A stretch of 64,000 nt of DNA from an uncultured virus (IMG/VR IMGVR_UViG_3300038318_000272) (Duplodnaviria; Heunggongvirae; Uroviricota; Caudoviricetes): positions 1-64,000 of IMG/VR virus record IMGVR_UViG_3300038318_000272; one strand, given 5' to 3'. The position numbers and the translations under genes are program-made. The notes under the pieces are model-generated. The model was not told the origin of the DNA. It saw only the letters and a program-made list of their open reading frames with translations, and did not search any database. Positions 1 through 9,633 of this stretch are shown here, one piece after another; the stretch's first letter is position 1; every line of letters begins with the position of its first letter.

Positions 1-77
1 GGATAGAAATCAACGAGATTAAAAATGATAAGTGGTTAAGGGAGATTTCCTCATCGTCCACTGTTATCTACACTCAT

Positions 78-569
78 GTGTTTGAAGCAGATGAGGACTC
101 TGAGAAGAAGGCAGAAGAGCTGGGGATGTCACTGTATGACTATGCGGTACATTCTAAGAATGAACAGAGGGACACCCTCATGGAGAAGGCGATGGAGTAT
201 GACAGAAGTGCGCCCAATATGTGGATGGTGGTTCACTCTACCGAAGAAGGGAACAAGTTCAAGAAGTTCGAGTGTATGGAAGAAATACTCAGGGAGTTGT
301 TCTATGGTCAATGCGACATCTACATAGAATTCAAAGGGATAAACAGAATCATCAGAGATGATGGGGTTTACACCATCTATCAATTCACACCCACTGGAAG
401 GATGAGGTGGGAGGAGATGTTGGGTAAGAGGAAATATGACGATTATATGATGCAAATCACTTACATGATACATTCAATGTTCTTGTATAGGGGTATGCTT
501 CAGAGTGGCGGAAGGAAATGGTATAAAGGAGTTGGTACAGGTGGCAAAAAGAGGGTCAAAGAAGAGTAA
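78..569 (+). CDS. hypothetical protein (may start upstream)
   Basis: 163-aa ORF, first of an overlapping plus-strand run; no recognised motif. Confidence 0.5.
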   Translation: MFEADEDSEKKAEELGMSLYDYAVHSKNEQRDTLMEKAMEYDRSAPNMWMVVHSTEEGNKFKKFECMEEILRELFYGQCDIYIEFKGINRIIRDDGVYTIYQFTPTGRMRWEEMLGKRKYDDYMMQITYMIHSMFLYRGMLQSGGRKWYKGVGTGGKKRVKEE

Positions 570-849
570 GAAAGAGACGAAAGTTAAGACGAAAGAAGAG
601 ATAGCGAACGAACTACTGTTCAAGATGTTCGAATATAGCAACGGAGATGCTACGATTCTCCTGGAGTTGTGTGCAAATATCTCTGCAAAGAGTTTGATTG
701 TAATTGAGTTGGATGCGGTGTTCGAGGAGACGGGAGAGAGCCCCACTCTGGATTTCTTGATTTCCAACTTCACAGAGAATGTAGCAACATTCGCCAGAGC
801 TATGAAGGATGCCGTCAAAGCCCCAGTAGAGGTGGAAGATGTCAATTGA
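505..849 (+). CDS. hypothetical protein
   Basis: 114-aa ORF overlapping both neighbours in an operon-like arrangement. Confidence 0.5.
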   Translation: MAEGNGIKELVQVAKRGSKKSKKETKVKTKEEIANELLFKMFEYSNGDATILLELCANISAKSLIVIELDAVFEETGESPTLDFLISNFTENVATFARAMKDAVKAPVEVEDVN

Positions 850-1120
850 GGAGAATGTGAGGGAAGTCACGATGTCCTTGCATGACACCCTCTCCACCCT
901 GTCGAACATACAGGGGTTGACGTGGGGAGAGTTGTTCGAGGGATATGCATTCCATCTCTGCACTCTCGCAGAGTATCTTGCATCATGGGGAGGGGAAGAA
1001 GAGGACACATCGGATGCCAAATACATCCTGCAAGCTCTTCTTAAAACATCAACTTCAATCTTCAAGAAGTACGAAGCTGACAAAGTAGAGGAGTTTAAGA
1101 ATGAACCCAAGCTCAAGTGA
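839..1120 (+). CDS. hypothetical protein
   Basis: GAGGTG RBS upstream; overlaps next gene. Confidence 0.55.
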   Translation: MSIEENVREVTMSLHDTLSTLSNIQGLTWGELFEGYAFHLCTLAEYLASWGGEEEDTSDAKYILQALLKTSTSIFKKYEADKVEEFKNEPKLK

Positions 1121-1547
1121 AGCCATCTGTTTCACTGTGGATGGGAAACCCGTCCCCCAGGGTTCCATGAGTGCATTCCCTTACATGAGAGACAACGGAA
1201 AGATGGGGGTGCGTATGACACATAAGAAAGCTTCTGCCCTGGACAAATGGCGAGAGGAAATACGCAATAAGTTCATAGCTCAGAATGTGGACGGATTCTA
1301 TGCACCCAAGGGAGAGGGAGTAGTACTCACACTCGTATTCGCTCTTCAGCGTTCTAAGAGCAATAAGGATAAGAACCCTGTGAAGAAGATAGGAGACCTT
1401 GACAAATTCGTTAGGGCTGTTAACGATGCACTCACGGGGGTTGCCTACGAGGATGATTGTCAGGTGCTGGAGATAAACGCCACAAAGTTGTTCACGACCC
1501 ATGATACGGGACCATACACAACCATAATGATAAATAAGGTTTTATAG
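1101..1547 (+). CDS. rusA: RusA-family Holliday junction resolvase
   Basis: Motifs GKPVPQGS, GDLDKFVRAVNDALTGVAYEDDCQV typical of RusA. Confidence 0.9.
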   Translation: MNPSSSEAICFTVDGKPVPQGSMSAFPYMRDNGKMGVRMTHKKASALDKWREEIRNKFIAQNVDGFYAPKGEGVVLTLVFALQRSKSNKDKNPVKKIGDLDKFVRAVNDALTGVAYEDDCQVLEINATKLFTTHDTGPYTTIMINKVL

Positions 1548-1569
1548 GGGTGTTACTATATCCTCATCT

Positions 1570-1965
1570 ATGATAGACTTACCTGAGCTTCGTGGCAGTA
1601 CGAAGGACATAATCCTGGCAGAGAAGTTGCGTATGAAGGCTATAGAAGATTTTGATAGTCCGAAGGGGGTAGAATACATACAGGGCATAGATAACGCCAC
1701 GCACTGGATAAGGATGTATGCCATGGGTACCCCGTCCTTCAGCCAGTTGAAAAGGGCGTATGAGTTCGCAGTCAAGGACAGAGAAGATTGGGTTGTGGTC
1801 GAGGTAGAGAGAGCGAAGGTCTATCAGTATCTCGGAGACAAAGATACGTACCGTGTGGGGTCTTCTTCTTTATACAGCAACGACCCTTTGGTGAAAGTCT
1901 TGGTGAGGAAGAAGAATCTGCATAAGGTAGACCAGACTCTGACCAAGATTGCGAATTATTTCTAA
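1570..1965 (+). CDS. hypothetical protein
   Basis: 131-aa ORF continuing the plus-strand unit. Confidence 0.55.
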   Translation: MIDLPELRGSTKDIILAEKLRMKAIEDFDSPKGVEYIQGIDNATHWIRMYAMGTPSFSQLKRAYEFAVKDREDWVVVEVERAKVYQYLGDKDTYRVGSSSLYSNDPLVKVLVRKKNLHKVDQTLTKIANYF

Positions 1966-1989
1966 ACTTATTTCTAAACTTATTTCTAT

Positions 1990-2061
1990 AGTCCCCTGGT
2001 CCATCGGTAAAGATTCCTCACTTTGGATGAGGAGAGGTAGGTTCGATTCCTACGGGGACTA
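1990..2061 (+). tRNA. tRNA-Gln(UUG), CCA not encoded
   Basis: Acceptor AGTCCCC/GGGGACT, anticodon arm CCTCA-CTTTGGA-TGAGG, T arm GTAGG-TTCGATT-CCTAC; A1-U72 pair. Confidence 0.9.
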
Positions 2062-2376
2062 CTTTTTATCCATCTTGAGGCTCTCTTCTAACCCCTCTTT
2101 CAACGTCTCTTTGATTGAAGATGCATAATCTAGATTGATTCTGGTGTACTCTCTGAGGGTGTGAATGATAGTAGTGGAGAGCAACACGAACCCTGCACCT
2201 ATGGCTGAAGTGACGAAGTTATAGAACCAGATATCGTCTATTGCATCCAGGGATATCACCCCATACTCATTCAGGATGGCTTCTACTGCGAACATTAAGA
2301 TAAGATTAATGGTCAAGGAAGTGATTAGTAGAATGGAGTTCCAAAGCACATCTCCTAAACGTAAGCTCTGCAGCAT
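2059..2376 (-). CDS. small membrane protein (2 predicted TM helices)
   Basis: Two hydrophobic stretches and a charged C-terminus. Confidence 0.55.
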   Translation of the reverse strand: MLQSLRLGDVLWNSILLITSLTINLILMFAVEAILNEYGVISLDAIDDIWFYNFVTSAIGAGFVLLSTTIIHTLREYTRINLDYASSIKETLKEGLEESLKMDKK

Positions 2377-2450
2377 GACCCCCTATATTTTGTGAGATAT
2401 AATAATAAATGGATACAGACCATTATATACAACTAAGCTCATGACGTACT

Positions 2451-2876
2451 ATGGTAAAAATATATACGGCCATGAAGAACATAGCAGAATCATATGCGAA
2501 GATGGATTTGAAAGGGTGGAGACCTCAGAAGGTAGCCAACCTTGATGAGCCCGAATACTGGGCCAACGTGTGCGGAGCAGGAAGAGCAATCATCTTCAAA
2601 GTGAGGAAGGGTAGGAAAGAAGCCGAGGTAATAATTTTTTCGGACACTCCGAAGGGGGAGGTGCGGAATACTCTGACGGTAGACGGGGTTCATGTCCTCA
2701 CGCAGAAAGATGGAGACGGGTGCGCAGTCAAGCTCATCAACACCAAGAAGAAACAGAGTGAGATTGTCCTTATCTATGATAAGAAGTTCGCAGATGAGGA
2801 TGGGAATTTCGACTACGAGAAGGGTATGAAGTCCACCATGAAGAAGATTGAATCCGCCATGAAAGATATGAAATAA
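2451..2876 (+). CDS. hypothetical protein
   Basis: 141-aa ORF with TTATATAC box about 20 nt upstream (leaderless-type). Confidence 0.6.
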   Translation: MVKIYTAMKNIAESYAKMDLKGWRPQKVANLDEPEYWANVCGAGRAIIFKVRKGRKEAEVIIFSDTPKGEVRNTLTVDGVHVLTQKDGDGCAVKLINTKKKQSEIVLIYDKKFADEDGNFDYEKGMKSTMKKIESAMKDMK

Positions 2877-2899
2877 AATTAAAAGGTTTAAGGGTGGGG

Positions 2900-5515
2900 T
2901 TATGCCACTACATGCCTAACCCTGTCCTTCAACTCAGCAATCTTTCCCTTATTCCATTGCTTTATCTTGGACATATATCCCGTTACCCTTGTTATTCCCT
3001 CTACGTGCTCCGACCCACAATGAGGGCACTTCTTGACCAATCCCCTTGTAGTTCTATCACAATCCAGGCAGGTTGTGAACTCAGGCGTTATGTCGAATTG
3101 AGAACAGGTTGTGTGCTCATACACTTTCTTTACCAGAGCCTTGATTCCTTCGGGAGAAGGCTTGTTCTCTCCAACCCAGATATGAGTTATCGAACCAGCA
3201 GTAATGAGGGGGTGAGTCTTGCCCTCGAGTTTAATCCTCTCTATGGGGCTTATGTCGCTATCTACGGGCACATAGGAAGAGTTTGTATAGTAGACTCCGC
3301 CCGATTCGTGGTCTCCCTTGAACAGGCATTCGTATTGTGGGTACTTCGCCCTGTCCATCTTTGCGAACCTGTATGCTGTGGTCTCGGCAGGTGTCTGCTC
3401 AAGGATGGTGTGTATCCCGAATTCCTTTGAATACTCCTTGCACTTCTGATTCATATAGGACAGAATCTTAAGCCCGTACTTTGCCGATGCGGGGGTATCT
3501 CCGAACTCTTCGCCTGTGAGTACCCTTATGGTCTCTGAGAGCCCTACAACGCCAAGCAAAGCCTTGCCACGGTCAAGTCTGAAGTACGGCTCACCGTCAT
3601 GATTCATTGTAAGCACCGCAAGGGGTCCGTCCTCACCCATATCGAGCAGGGCTCGGAGATACTTCTTCTTGGTCACATGGGCTTTCATAGCGAGCCTCAT
3701 GCTCTTATCTAAGTTCGCACAGAACTTATCATAATCCCCCTCTGCTTCTATAGCACAACGAGGCATATTGATGGTAACATTCTGTATCGCTGAGTGCCTT
3801 ACTCTCCAAGGCTCCTTCGCTTCCTCGAGGTCGTCATTAGATAAGTCAAATGTCAAGCGACAGTTGTGTGTAATGATGCCGTTGGGTAAGGTGAAGTAGT
3901 GGTCGGGGAAATCTTCCTTGAATCTGGGGGGTCGGGCATCATTTAACACCTCTAAACAATACACCATTTCCTCGTTATAATCCTTTATTTCTCTGACTGA
4001 TTCTATAGGGACGAACTGCAAATCTTTATTCCCCCCATCTATAGTTATTCGCACAAACTCGTATTTGTACAACATATCTCCCTTCTGTAGATACTGCGCT
4101 TCTTTCTCCCCCACCGATGTGGGGAATATATGGTCCTCAGTTACAATCATTGGGCCTTCTCCCTCCAGTATCACCTCAAACATCCTCCTCCCATTTCTGG
4201 GAGTCTCCACCTTTCTACACTTCAATCCAAACCCCATGTGGAATACATTCAGATTATCTCCTTCAACGTCCTTCAGCCGAACTATGCGCCCCTTCCAACC
4301 CAAATAATCAGATACGATATCCATCAAAATAACCTCTTGATTTCCATCAAAGCAACATTGGCTTATGCGAGCAGTCTTTCCTCTGTCGATGATGAAGTAG
4401 GTGTTGCCCTTCTCCGATGCGACCGAGCATATCTTATCAAGGAATTCCTCATGGCCTTCTGTCTCGAACATCTTCGCAGTTATGTGTACGTTCGCCTTGG
4501 GGAAGAAGAAGGGTCTGCCCTTAGAATCTCCTTCATAGTAGACATCGAACAACGCCATTACGAACGCTTGAGACTCTTTGAGATAGTCCTTGTAGGGTTT
4601 GCCTGTACCCTTTCCGCCAGGACCTATCGCTTCTACATCTGCATAGTGGTCGGGAATCTCCCAGTATAAGTTCAAATCACTGAATACGGCTTGGCCTCCT
4701 CTGCTTATTGCTTGTTGTGCGAACTCAAATACGAGTATCTGAGCGAGTTGTTTTATCTCCGCATAGCTCTTTCCTACAATATAGGGAGCTATCGCCATGT
4801 TGACTGCATCCCATCCCACTGCACCTGCGAAGCACCCCTGCAAGGATGCAGAGAACTTCACAACCTGCTCTAATAGTACCTCTGCGTTCTTGGCTGGTTT
4901 AGCCGATGAGATAGAGGTTGGTAGGTCCAATCCATACTTCCCGACATACTGTATCGGATTGCCACCACAATAATTCCTGTCAGGCATACCCAAATCGTGT
5001 ATGTGTATGTCTCCCCTCATATGTGCTTCAGCCACATCCTTATCCAGGACGCTGTTGAGATAATATCTCTTCTTTACGGCTTCCGCTATGACGAGATTGG
5101 TGGCTTCGGGCCCCCTCGGGACGTTGGAATTCTCGTTGTTCTTTTGCGTTATAATGTTCCCCACCTCTGTCGGGGAGAATCCTATCAGCTGATGCTTCAA
5201 CACCTCACTCTCAAATCCTCTCTCAATCAGCTTAGCATCGACAATCTCCCTGACGAGGGATGATGTGACCGTAGTGAGTCCTGATGCCTTGATGATAGAG
5301 GAAACCTCATCAGCAATCTCCTTTGCAACCTTCTCTCCTACGTTCGTTTCGGTTGTCAGAACCTCTGCTATCCGAGTGCTGTCCCAATCGACTAACACGT
5401 TCATATCATTCTGTACGAACAGTGAAGAGTCGGTAACGTCTGCTTTACGTCTGCTCATATAATCACGTAAGACCGCCATAGTCCTATCAAATATATAACG
5501 GCTCGCTTCGGTCAA
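2900..5515 (-). CDS. nrdD: anaerobic (class III) ribonucleoside-triphosphate reductase with ATP cone and intein
   Basis: N-terminal ATP cone, GDIHIHDL, EQTPAE, C-terminal CxxC..CxxC Zn site and glycyl-radical motif ITRVTGY; SQC|CRL finger loop interrupted by intein. Confidence 0.95.
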   Translation of the reverse strand: MTEASRYIFDRTMAVLRDYMSRRKADVTDSSLFVQNDMNVLVDWDSTRIAEVLTTETNVGEKVAKEIADEVSSIIKASGLTTVTSSLVREIVDAKLIERGFESEVLKHQLIGFSPTEVGNIITQKNNENSNVPRGPEATNLVIAEAVKKRYYLNSVLDKDVAEAHMRGDIHIHDLGMPDRNYCGGNPIQYVGKYGLDLPTSISSAKPAKNAEVLLEQVVKFSASLQGCFAGAVGWDAVNMAIAPYIVGKSYAEIKQLAQILVFEFAQQAISRGGQAVFSDLNLYWEIPDHYADVEAIGPGGKGTGKPYKDYLKESQAFVMALFDVYYEGDSKGRPFFFPKANVHITAKMFETEGHEEFLDKICSVASEKGNTYFIIDRGKTARISQCCFDGNQEVILMDIVSDYLGWKGRIVRLKDVEGDNLNVFHMGFGLKCRKVETPRNGRRMFEVILEGEGPMIVTEDHIFPTSVGEKEAQYLQKGDMLYKYEFVRITIDGGNKDLQFVPIESVREIKDYNEEMVYCLEVLNDARPPRFKEDFPDHYFTLPNGIITHNCRLTFDLSNDDLEEAKEPWRVRHSAIQNVTINMPRCAIEAEGDYDKFCANLDKSMRLAMKAHVTKKKYLRALLDMGEDGPLAVLTMNHDGEPYFRLDRGKALLGVVGLSETIRVLTGEEFGDTPASAKYGLKILSYMNQKCKEYSKEFGIHTILEQTPAETTAYRFAKMDRAKYPQYECLFKGDHESGGVYYTNSSYVPVDSDISPIERIKLEGKTHPLITAGSITHIWVGENKPSPEGIKALVKKVYEHTTCSQFDITPEFTTCLDCDRTTRGLVKKCPHCGSEHVEGITRVTGYMSKIKQWNKGKIAELKDRVRHVVA
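3863..4354 (-). mobile_element. mini-intein (164 aa, no endonuclease) in NrdD
   Basis: Starts CFDGNQEV, block B VTEDHIF, ends GIITHN followed by extein Cys. Confidence 0.9.
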
Positions 5516-5775
5516 TCTCGGGTGCGTTTTGTATAGAGTTCCTTACGACCGTCGTAGTAATAATACTTGATGGATTCCCCAGTACGTTTCTCGTATGGGA
5601 GGTTCAGAGCAGGTATCATCTTGCTCATCTCACGAGGGGTGGGGCAGTTGCTCCACCTCTTCATCCAGAATCTAAGTATATCGTTACTGGTGAAATAAGT
5701 CTCGGGTGGGACGTTATCTATTATGAGTTGAGCTATCTTCATCCTCCTGCTCTCTCGAATTGAGAACGAACTCAT
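5512..5775 (-). CDS. small putative winged-helix DNA-binding protein
   Basis: FTSNDIL...PTPREMSKMI pattern; loosely similar to 6891-7205. Confidence 0.45.
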   Translation of the reverse strand: MSSFSIRESRRMKIAQLIIDNVPPETYFTSNDILRFWMKRWSNCPTPREMSKMIPALNLPYEKRTGESIKYYYYDGRKELYTKRTRD

Positions 5776-6629
5776 TTACCCACATTCCCATCTTGCCTCC
5801 CAGCATTTCTGATTACAAACCCTTCCACAATTATATTTCCAGCCTCAGTGTCTATATCCACAACCTTCATGTTACCAGCTCCGATTGCCTCCTCAATTAT
5901 CGACATCTTCACATGCCGAACCGTATATCCTAAATGCTCTGCTCTGTGACACATCACGCAGACCTCCATGATATTGTCCGCACTGGTGTTGTTAGGGTTC
6001 CTGTCGAGATGGTGTAAGTGGGTGTTGCCTACTTTCTTGCACTTAGAACATACCCCTGTTTTCTTGTGTATGGCATGGGTTCTCTCATAACCTCCTTTCC
6101 TCTCGGTGTTCTCGCCTAAATACCTCGGGTTCTCGACCCCATATAACGCTCCAGAATCTCCCCTCCCCAACTCGAACTTGGCTACCCATGCTCTGATTGT
6201 CCGAGGGGCACAACCGCACATCTTAGCGATTTCCTTTTGAGATTTGCCCTCCTTGACATACCACCTCTCCAGCGTATCCTTATCTTGATACCTCAAATCG
6301 GGACCGTCTCCGTTGGTGTAAATCTCATCCCCTACTTTCAAATCCTTGGCTTTAATCCAATCAGCAGGGGTGTAGAATTCACAATCTTCAGTAACCTCTA
6401 TCTGATATCCATCATCCGTATAGAATCTGATAACGGGTGCGGAATACGGCGGAGACTTCTTGCTTAATCTTTCATGCTTAATCTCCAAGGTCTCCTCATC
6501 TATGCACCTTAATTTCTTTCCTTCGATGGAAATGGATGAGAAACGTACAACATCTCTTGCCAAGACCTTCTTGACATTCCTTTGTTTGCCCTGCTCATAT
6601 AGGCAAACCCCCTCAATGTTAACACCCAT
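5772..6629 (-). CDS. free-standing intein-like (Hint) protein with HTH and HNH endonuclease
   Basis: Hint blocks (IEVTEDCEFYT, WIKAKDLKVGDEI, VVDIDT..NIIVEGFVIRN) enclosing HTH (KSQKEIAKMCGCAPRTIRAW) and HNH (CSKC..HHLDRNPNN..CVMCHRAEH). Confidence 0.8.
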   Translation of the reverse strand: MGVNIEGVCLYEQGKQRNVKKVLARDVVRFSSISIEGKKLRCIDEETLEIKHERLSKKSPPYSAPVIRFYTDDGYQIEVTEDCEFYTPADWIKAKDLKVGDEIYTNGDGPDLRYQDKDTLERWYVKEGKSQKEIAKMCGCAPRTIRAWVAKFELGRGDSGALYGVENPRYLGENTERKGGYERTHAIHKKTGVCSKCKKVGNTHLHHLDRNPNNTSADNIMEVCVMCHRAEHLGYTVRHVKMSIIEEAIGAGNMKVVDIDTEAGNIIVEGFVIRNAGRQDGNVGK

Positions 6630-6706
6630 TATAATGAGATATAAGAAGTTATATAAATAGTTTGCGTCTGTTTTATATATTAGTAATAACTTTGGTGGTT
6701 AATTAT

Positions 6707-6961
6707 TCATTTATTCATTTCATAGAGGGGAGAATATCCTTTCTCCACTGCCTCTAAGAATCCGATATACACCTTCGCCTTCTCCAAATCTTCTACCCCG
6801 TTCTTCTCTTTATATCTCATAATATACTTAATGACATTCCCGATAACATATCCTCTGAACTCATCGGGGGTCATGCCCTCATACATGAGTTCAATTGGTT
6901 GCTTCTTTCGCCCGCTCTGCCTGTAGTGTTGTGGGTTCGTTCTTTCTTCTGACAATCTCAT
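6707..6961 (-). CDS. DUF3310 / T7 gp1.7-like (SaV-like) protein
   Basis: NPQHY...GNVIKYIMRYKEKNGVEDLEKAKVY signature. Confidence 0.85.
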   Translation of the reverse strand: MRLSEERTNPQHYRQSGRKKQPIELMYEGMTPDEFRGYVIGNVIKYIMRYKEKNGVEDLEKAKVYIGFLEAVEKGYSPLYEMNK

Positions 6962-7205
6962 CTTCCCCCTTTAAAATATAAACTCTTACTTTGTTCTCTT
7001 TCCAATCCCCTCGCTTCAACATGGGGTGCCCCCTCATATATGCGACCAGATATTTCACATCAATGGTTCTGCTGTATGACGGACGGATTTCCGCAATCTT
7101 GTTGAGCATAGAGTATGAGGTGAATGTGTCTCCCTCTTCGGAGTTCCTAAGAATCTCATCCACCAACTCCTTCACCCTCGCCTTACGTGGAATGATAGGT
7201 TTCAT
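6891..7205 (-). CDS. putative winged-helix protein
   Basis: Basic 104-aa ORF with FTSYSML pattern. Confidence 0.45.
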   Translation of the reverse strand: MKPIIPRKARVKELVDEILRNSEEGDTFTSYSMLNKIAEIRPSYSRTIDVKYLVAYMRGHPMLKRGDWKENKVRVYILKGEDEIVRRKNEPTTLQAERAKEATN

Positions 7206-7577
7206 AAGAAGGAGATGTAATAATCATATATAAATTGTTCTCTGCATATCTTTATAAAACAAGTATTGTATGTCTTATAGGTGAGAGCATGAATCCCGAT
7301 GGACAGTGTATAGAGGGGCGTCCGTCTGCAAACCGCTGTGTGGAAACGGATGGACAGTGCAACAAATATATTCGTGTAAGTATCGCTCTTCTTTTCATAG
7401 CAATCCTTTCTTTCATTACCTCTTATATCATAACCTCAATATCCAATCTTATTCTGTCGGAAGGGTTGGATGATGGTGCAGTCACAATACTCTCAACTAT
7501 TGTCTCTTTGGTTTATTTCCTTCATATTTCTGATTAACAACCCAATAGTATATATAGGAAAGAACATATTTATAAAC

Positions 7578-8345
7578 ATGAAACAAGAGTCGGAATGGCT
7601 GGATAAGAACAGCCGTATTGTTTTAGTAGGAGATTTGCACATAGGTACGAAAGGATTCCGAGAAGACATATTCAACGACATTCTGGAGGACATCTCGAAA
7701 CCGAATACTCTTTGGGTAGGACTTGGAGATTATGTAGAAGGGAGAGAACCGTCTCATAAGTTCTATGATTTTGAAGAGTCTACCTTGGCGGTCGGAGAGC
7801 AGTATGATTACTTCTTCAAGAAAATAGAGCCTTATGTAGACAGGTGTCTGGGGATGGTTCACGGGAACCACGAAGTAAGTTTGATTAACAAGACTACTCT
7901 CAATCCTTTACAGAACTTCTGCTTCGGAGCCAATGTGAATTACTTCGGAGATACGGGGTATCTGACATTGATGTGTTCTGATGAGAGTTATGTAGACACC
8001 AAGATGAGAATGGTCATAACACACGGAGCTGGTGGTGGTGCTACAGTCGGTGCATCACTCAATAAAATAAACAACTTCGCCAAGAACTTCATCGGAGATG
8101 TTGTTTGTGTAGGGCACTATCATAAGTTGTGTTCCAACATCGAGGTTCAACCCAAGGTTATCAATGGAGTACATACGTGGAAGCCTAAGCTGATAGTCAT
8201 GAACGGCTCGTGTCTGGAGGGCTATAGGGAGGACGGACTGGGGTCTTACGTCGAGAAAAAGATGTTACCGCCTCAAGCATTGGGATACGCAGTTATTGAG
8301 TTTGACAATATGTTCAAACCATCTGCAAAATTGATACCCTATTAA
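7578..8345 (+). CDS. calcineurin-like metallophosphoesterase
   Basis: GDLHIG, LGDYVE, GNHE, THG, GHYH motifs; start moved to ATG 7578. Confidence 0.9.
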   Translation: MKQESEWLDKNSRIVLVGDLHIGTKGFREDIFNDILEDISKPNTLWVGLGDYVEGREPSHKFYDFEESTLAVGEQYDYFFKKIEPYVDRCLGMVHGNHEVSLINKTTLNPLQNFCFGANVNYFGDTGYLTLMCSDESYVDTKMRMVITHGAGGGATVGASLNKINNFAKNFIGDVVCVGHYHKLCSNIEVQPKVINGVHTWKPKLIVMNGSCLEGYREDGLGSYVEKKMLPPQALGYAVIEFDNMFKPSAKLIPY

Positions 8346-8392
8346 ACTTATTATTTAAAAATAAAAATTAAATTGTTTATTTTCAATTTAGT

Positions 8393-8581
8393 TCAGATAG
8401 TCATCTGCTCTATGTAGTCTTTTTGCATATCATCCAACCAATCGAAGACCTCCATCTTCAGAGCTTCAATCTCTCTCAGCTCTATGATGATGTCGGAGAA
8501 CTCATTGTGTTCCCTAACGCCTGCATCTCCGTTCTTTACCTTAGTCAGAATGTTGTTCAAACGAACTGCCATCTCATTCAT
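8393..8581 (-). CDS. hypothetical protein
   Basis: 62-aa ORF with TATA box just upstream. Confidence 0.5.
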   Translation of the reverse strand: MNEMAVRLNNILTKVKNGDAGVREHNEFSDIIIELREIEALKMEVFDWLDDMQKDYIEQMTI

Positions 8582-8671
8582 GATATGTAATCCCCTTCAT
8601 TGTTTATATATCTTTGCACGACTAATCGTACCCTGGGTAGTAAGGAGTACTCAGAACGATTCCCAGATTCT

Positions 8672-8962
8672 CTATAGATGTTTGAGTTTTCTGTACTCTT
8701 TAAGGCGCAACAGAATCTCAATGCGGTACATCCCTGTTGCTTTGCTTATGGCCGTCAGGTAGTCAATCACGGGGACATATTTTCTTCCAAAAAACTTTTG
8801 GTGGAAAACTTCGTCACCATCCTTCCGAATTGTAAGCTCATGTGCGCACCGCTCTGCGTGGAAGCCCCGCTCTCTTGCGAACCTAACCATCTCGTCGATG
8901 GTTATACTCTCCAATTCCCCCACGGGAACCATGTCTGTTATCATTATTCCTTCGGGGAACAC
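8672..8962 (-). CDS. hypothetical protein
   Basis: In tightly packed minus-strand run. Confidence 0.5.
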   Translation of the reverse strand: MFPEGIMITDMVPVGELESITIDEMVRFARERGFHAERCAHELTIRKDGDEVFHQKFFGRKYVPVIDYLTAISKATGMYRIEILLRLKEYRKLKHL

Positions 8963-8965
8963 AGG

Positions 8966-9307
8966 TTATTTCCCCTCGTAGTTACACCAATCCTCAGACA
9001 GCAAATCAGATTGAGATGCCAACCAAGGAACCAAATCGTCCTGCGCAGTCTTCATGTAGATATAGGGCAAGGTCATTTTGCTATTTTCATCGGGAACCTG
9101 CATCTCTATATACATCCCCTTCCCGTTCCAGCCCTTGCGCTGTTGTCTCTTCCCTGTTTTCAGCCTATTCAGTGCGACCTCGAAAGAATAAGTAACGGGT
9201 CTGAGCAACGCCTCCTGACCTTCAGTGTAGATGCTCTTCGAGGGTTGGAGGGAAGAGTCGGATTTGGGAGCAGTGCGCACTCCCGTAGAGTAATCGGGCT
9301 TCATCAA
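8966..9307 (-). CDS. DUF2829 / Thoeris anti-defence Tad2-family protein
   Basis: FEVAL..LKTGKR..RKGWNGKGMYI...PWLASQSDLLSEDW matches the DUF2829 consensus. Confidence 0.85.
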   Translation of the reverse strand: MMKPDYSTGVRTAPKSDSSLQPSKSIYTEGQEALLRPVTYSFEVALNRLKTGKRQQRKGWNGKGMYIEMQVPDENSKMTLPYIYMKTAQDDLVPWLASQSDLLSEDWCNYEGK

Positions 9308-9633
9308 ACCGACTGCCTAGTTAGTCTGAATGTGTGTACATACACGGGTCCGCTGTATCCTATTTCCTTCAGATATTTCTCCATGTCTTCAGACGAGTAG
9401 AACCCCTCTGCCTTATACATAACACAGCACATCGCACCAGAGAGATAACTGTATTCCGTAACGCCTGTTATCTCGAACTCCATCTTCACGCTCTTTTCAG
9501 GATATTCCACGAGGAACGTGTCCCCTATCGCACCCTTTACTCCTCTGCGCATGGTCTGAGTTTTCTCCCCAGACCATAGTGCTTCTAAGAACTTCTCATC
9601 AAATTTCAAATCTATTCTTGCCATGTTTCTCAC
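9304..9633 (-). CDS. ASCH-domain protein
   Basis: LKFDEKF..L.SGEKTQTMRR, AEGF, VYVHTF. Confidence 0.8.
   Translation of the reverse strand: MRNMARIDLKFDEKFLEALWSGEKTQTMRRGVKGAIGDTFLVEYPEKSVKMEFEITGVTEYSYLSGAMCCVMYKAEGFYSSEDMEKYLKEIGYSGPVYVHTFRLTRQSV

Noticed and set aside
1956..1989. 12-bp tandem repeat TTATTTCTAAAC x~3
   Set aside because: Looks like slippage duplication at a gene end; no other copies noticed.
1987..2000. Match between tRNA-Gln 5' end (TATAGTCCCC) and the GGGGACTATA boxes
   Set aside because: Only 8-10 nt of low-complexity identity; likely chance.
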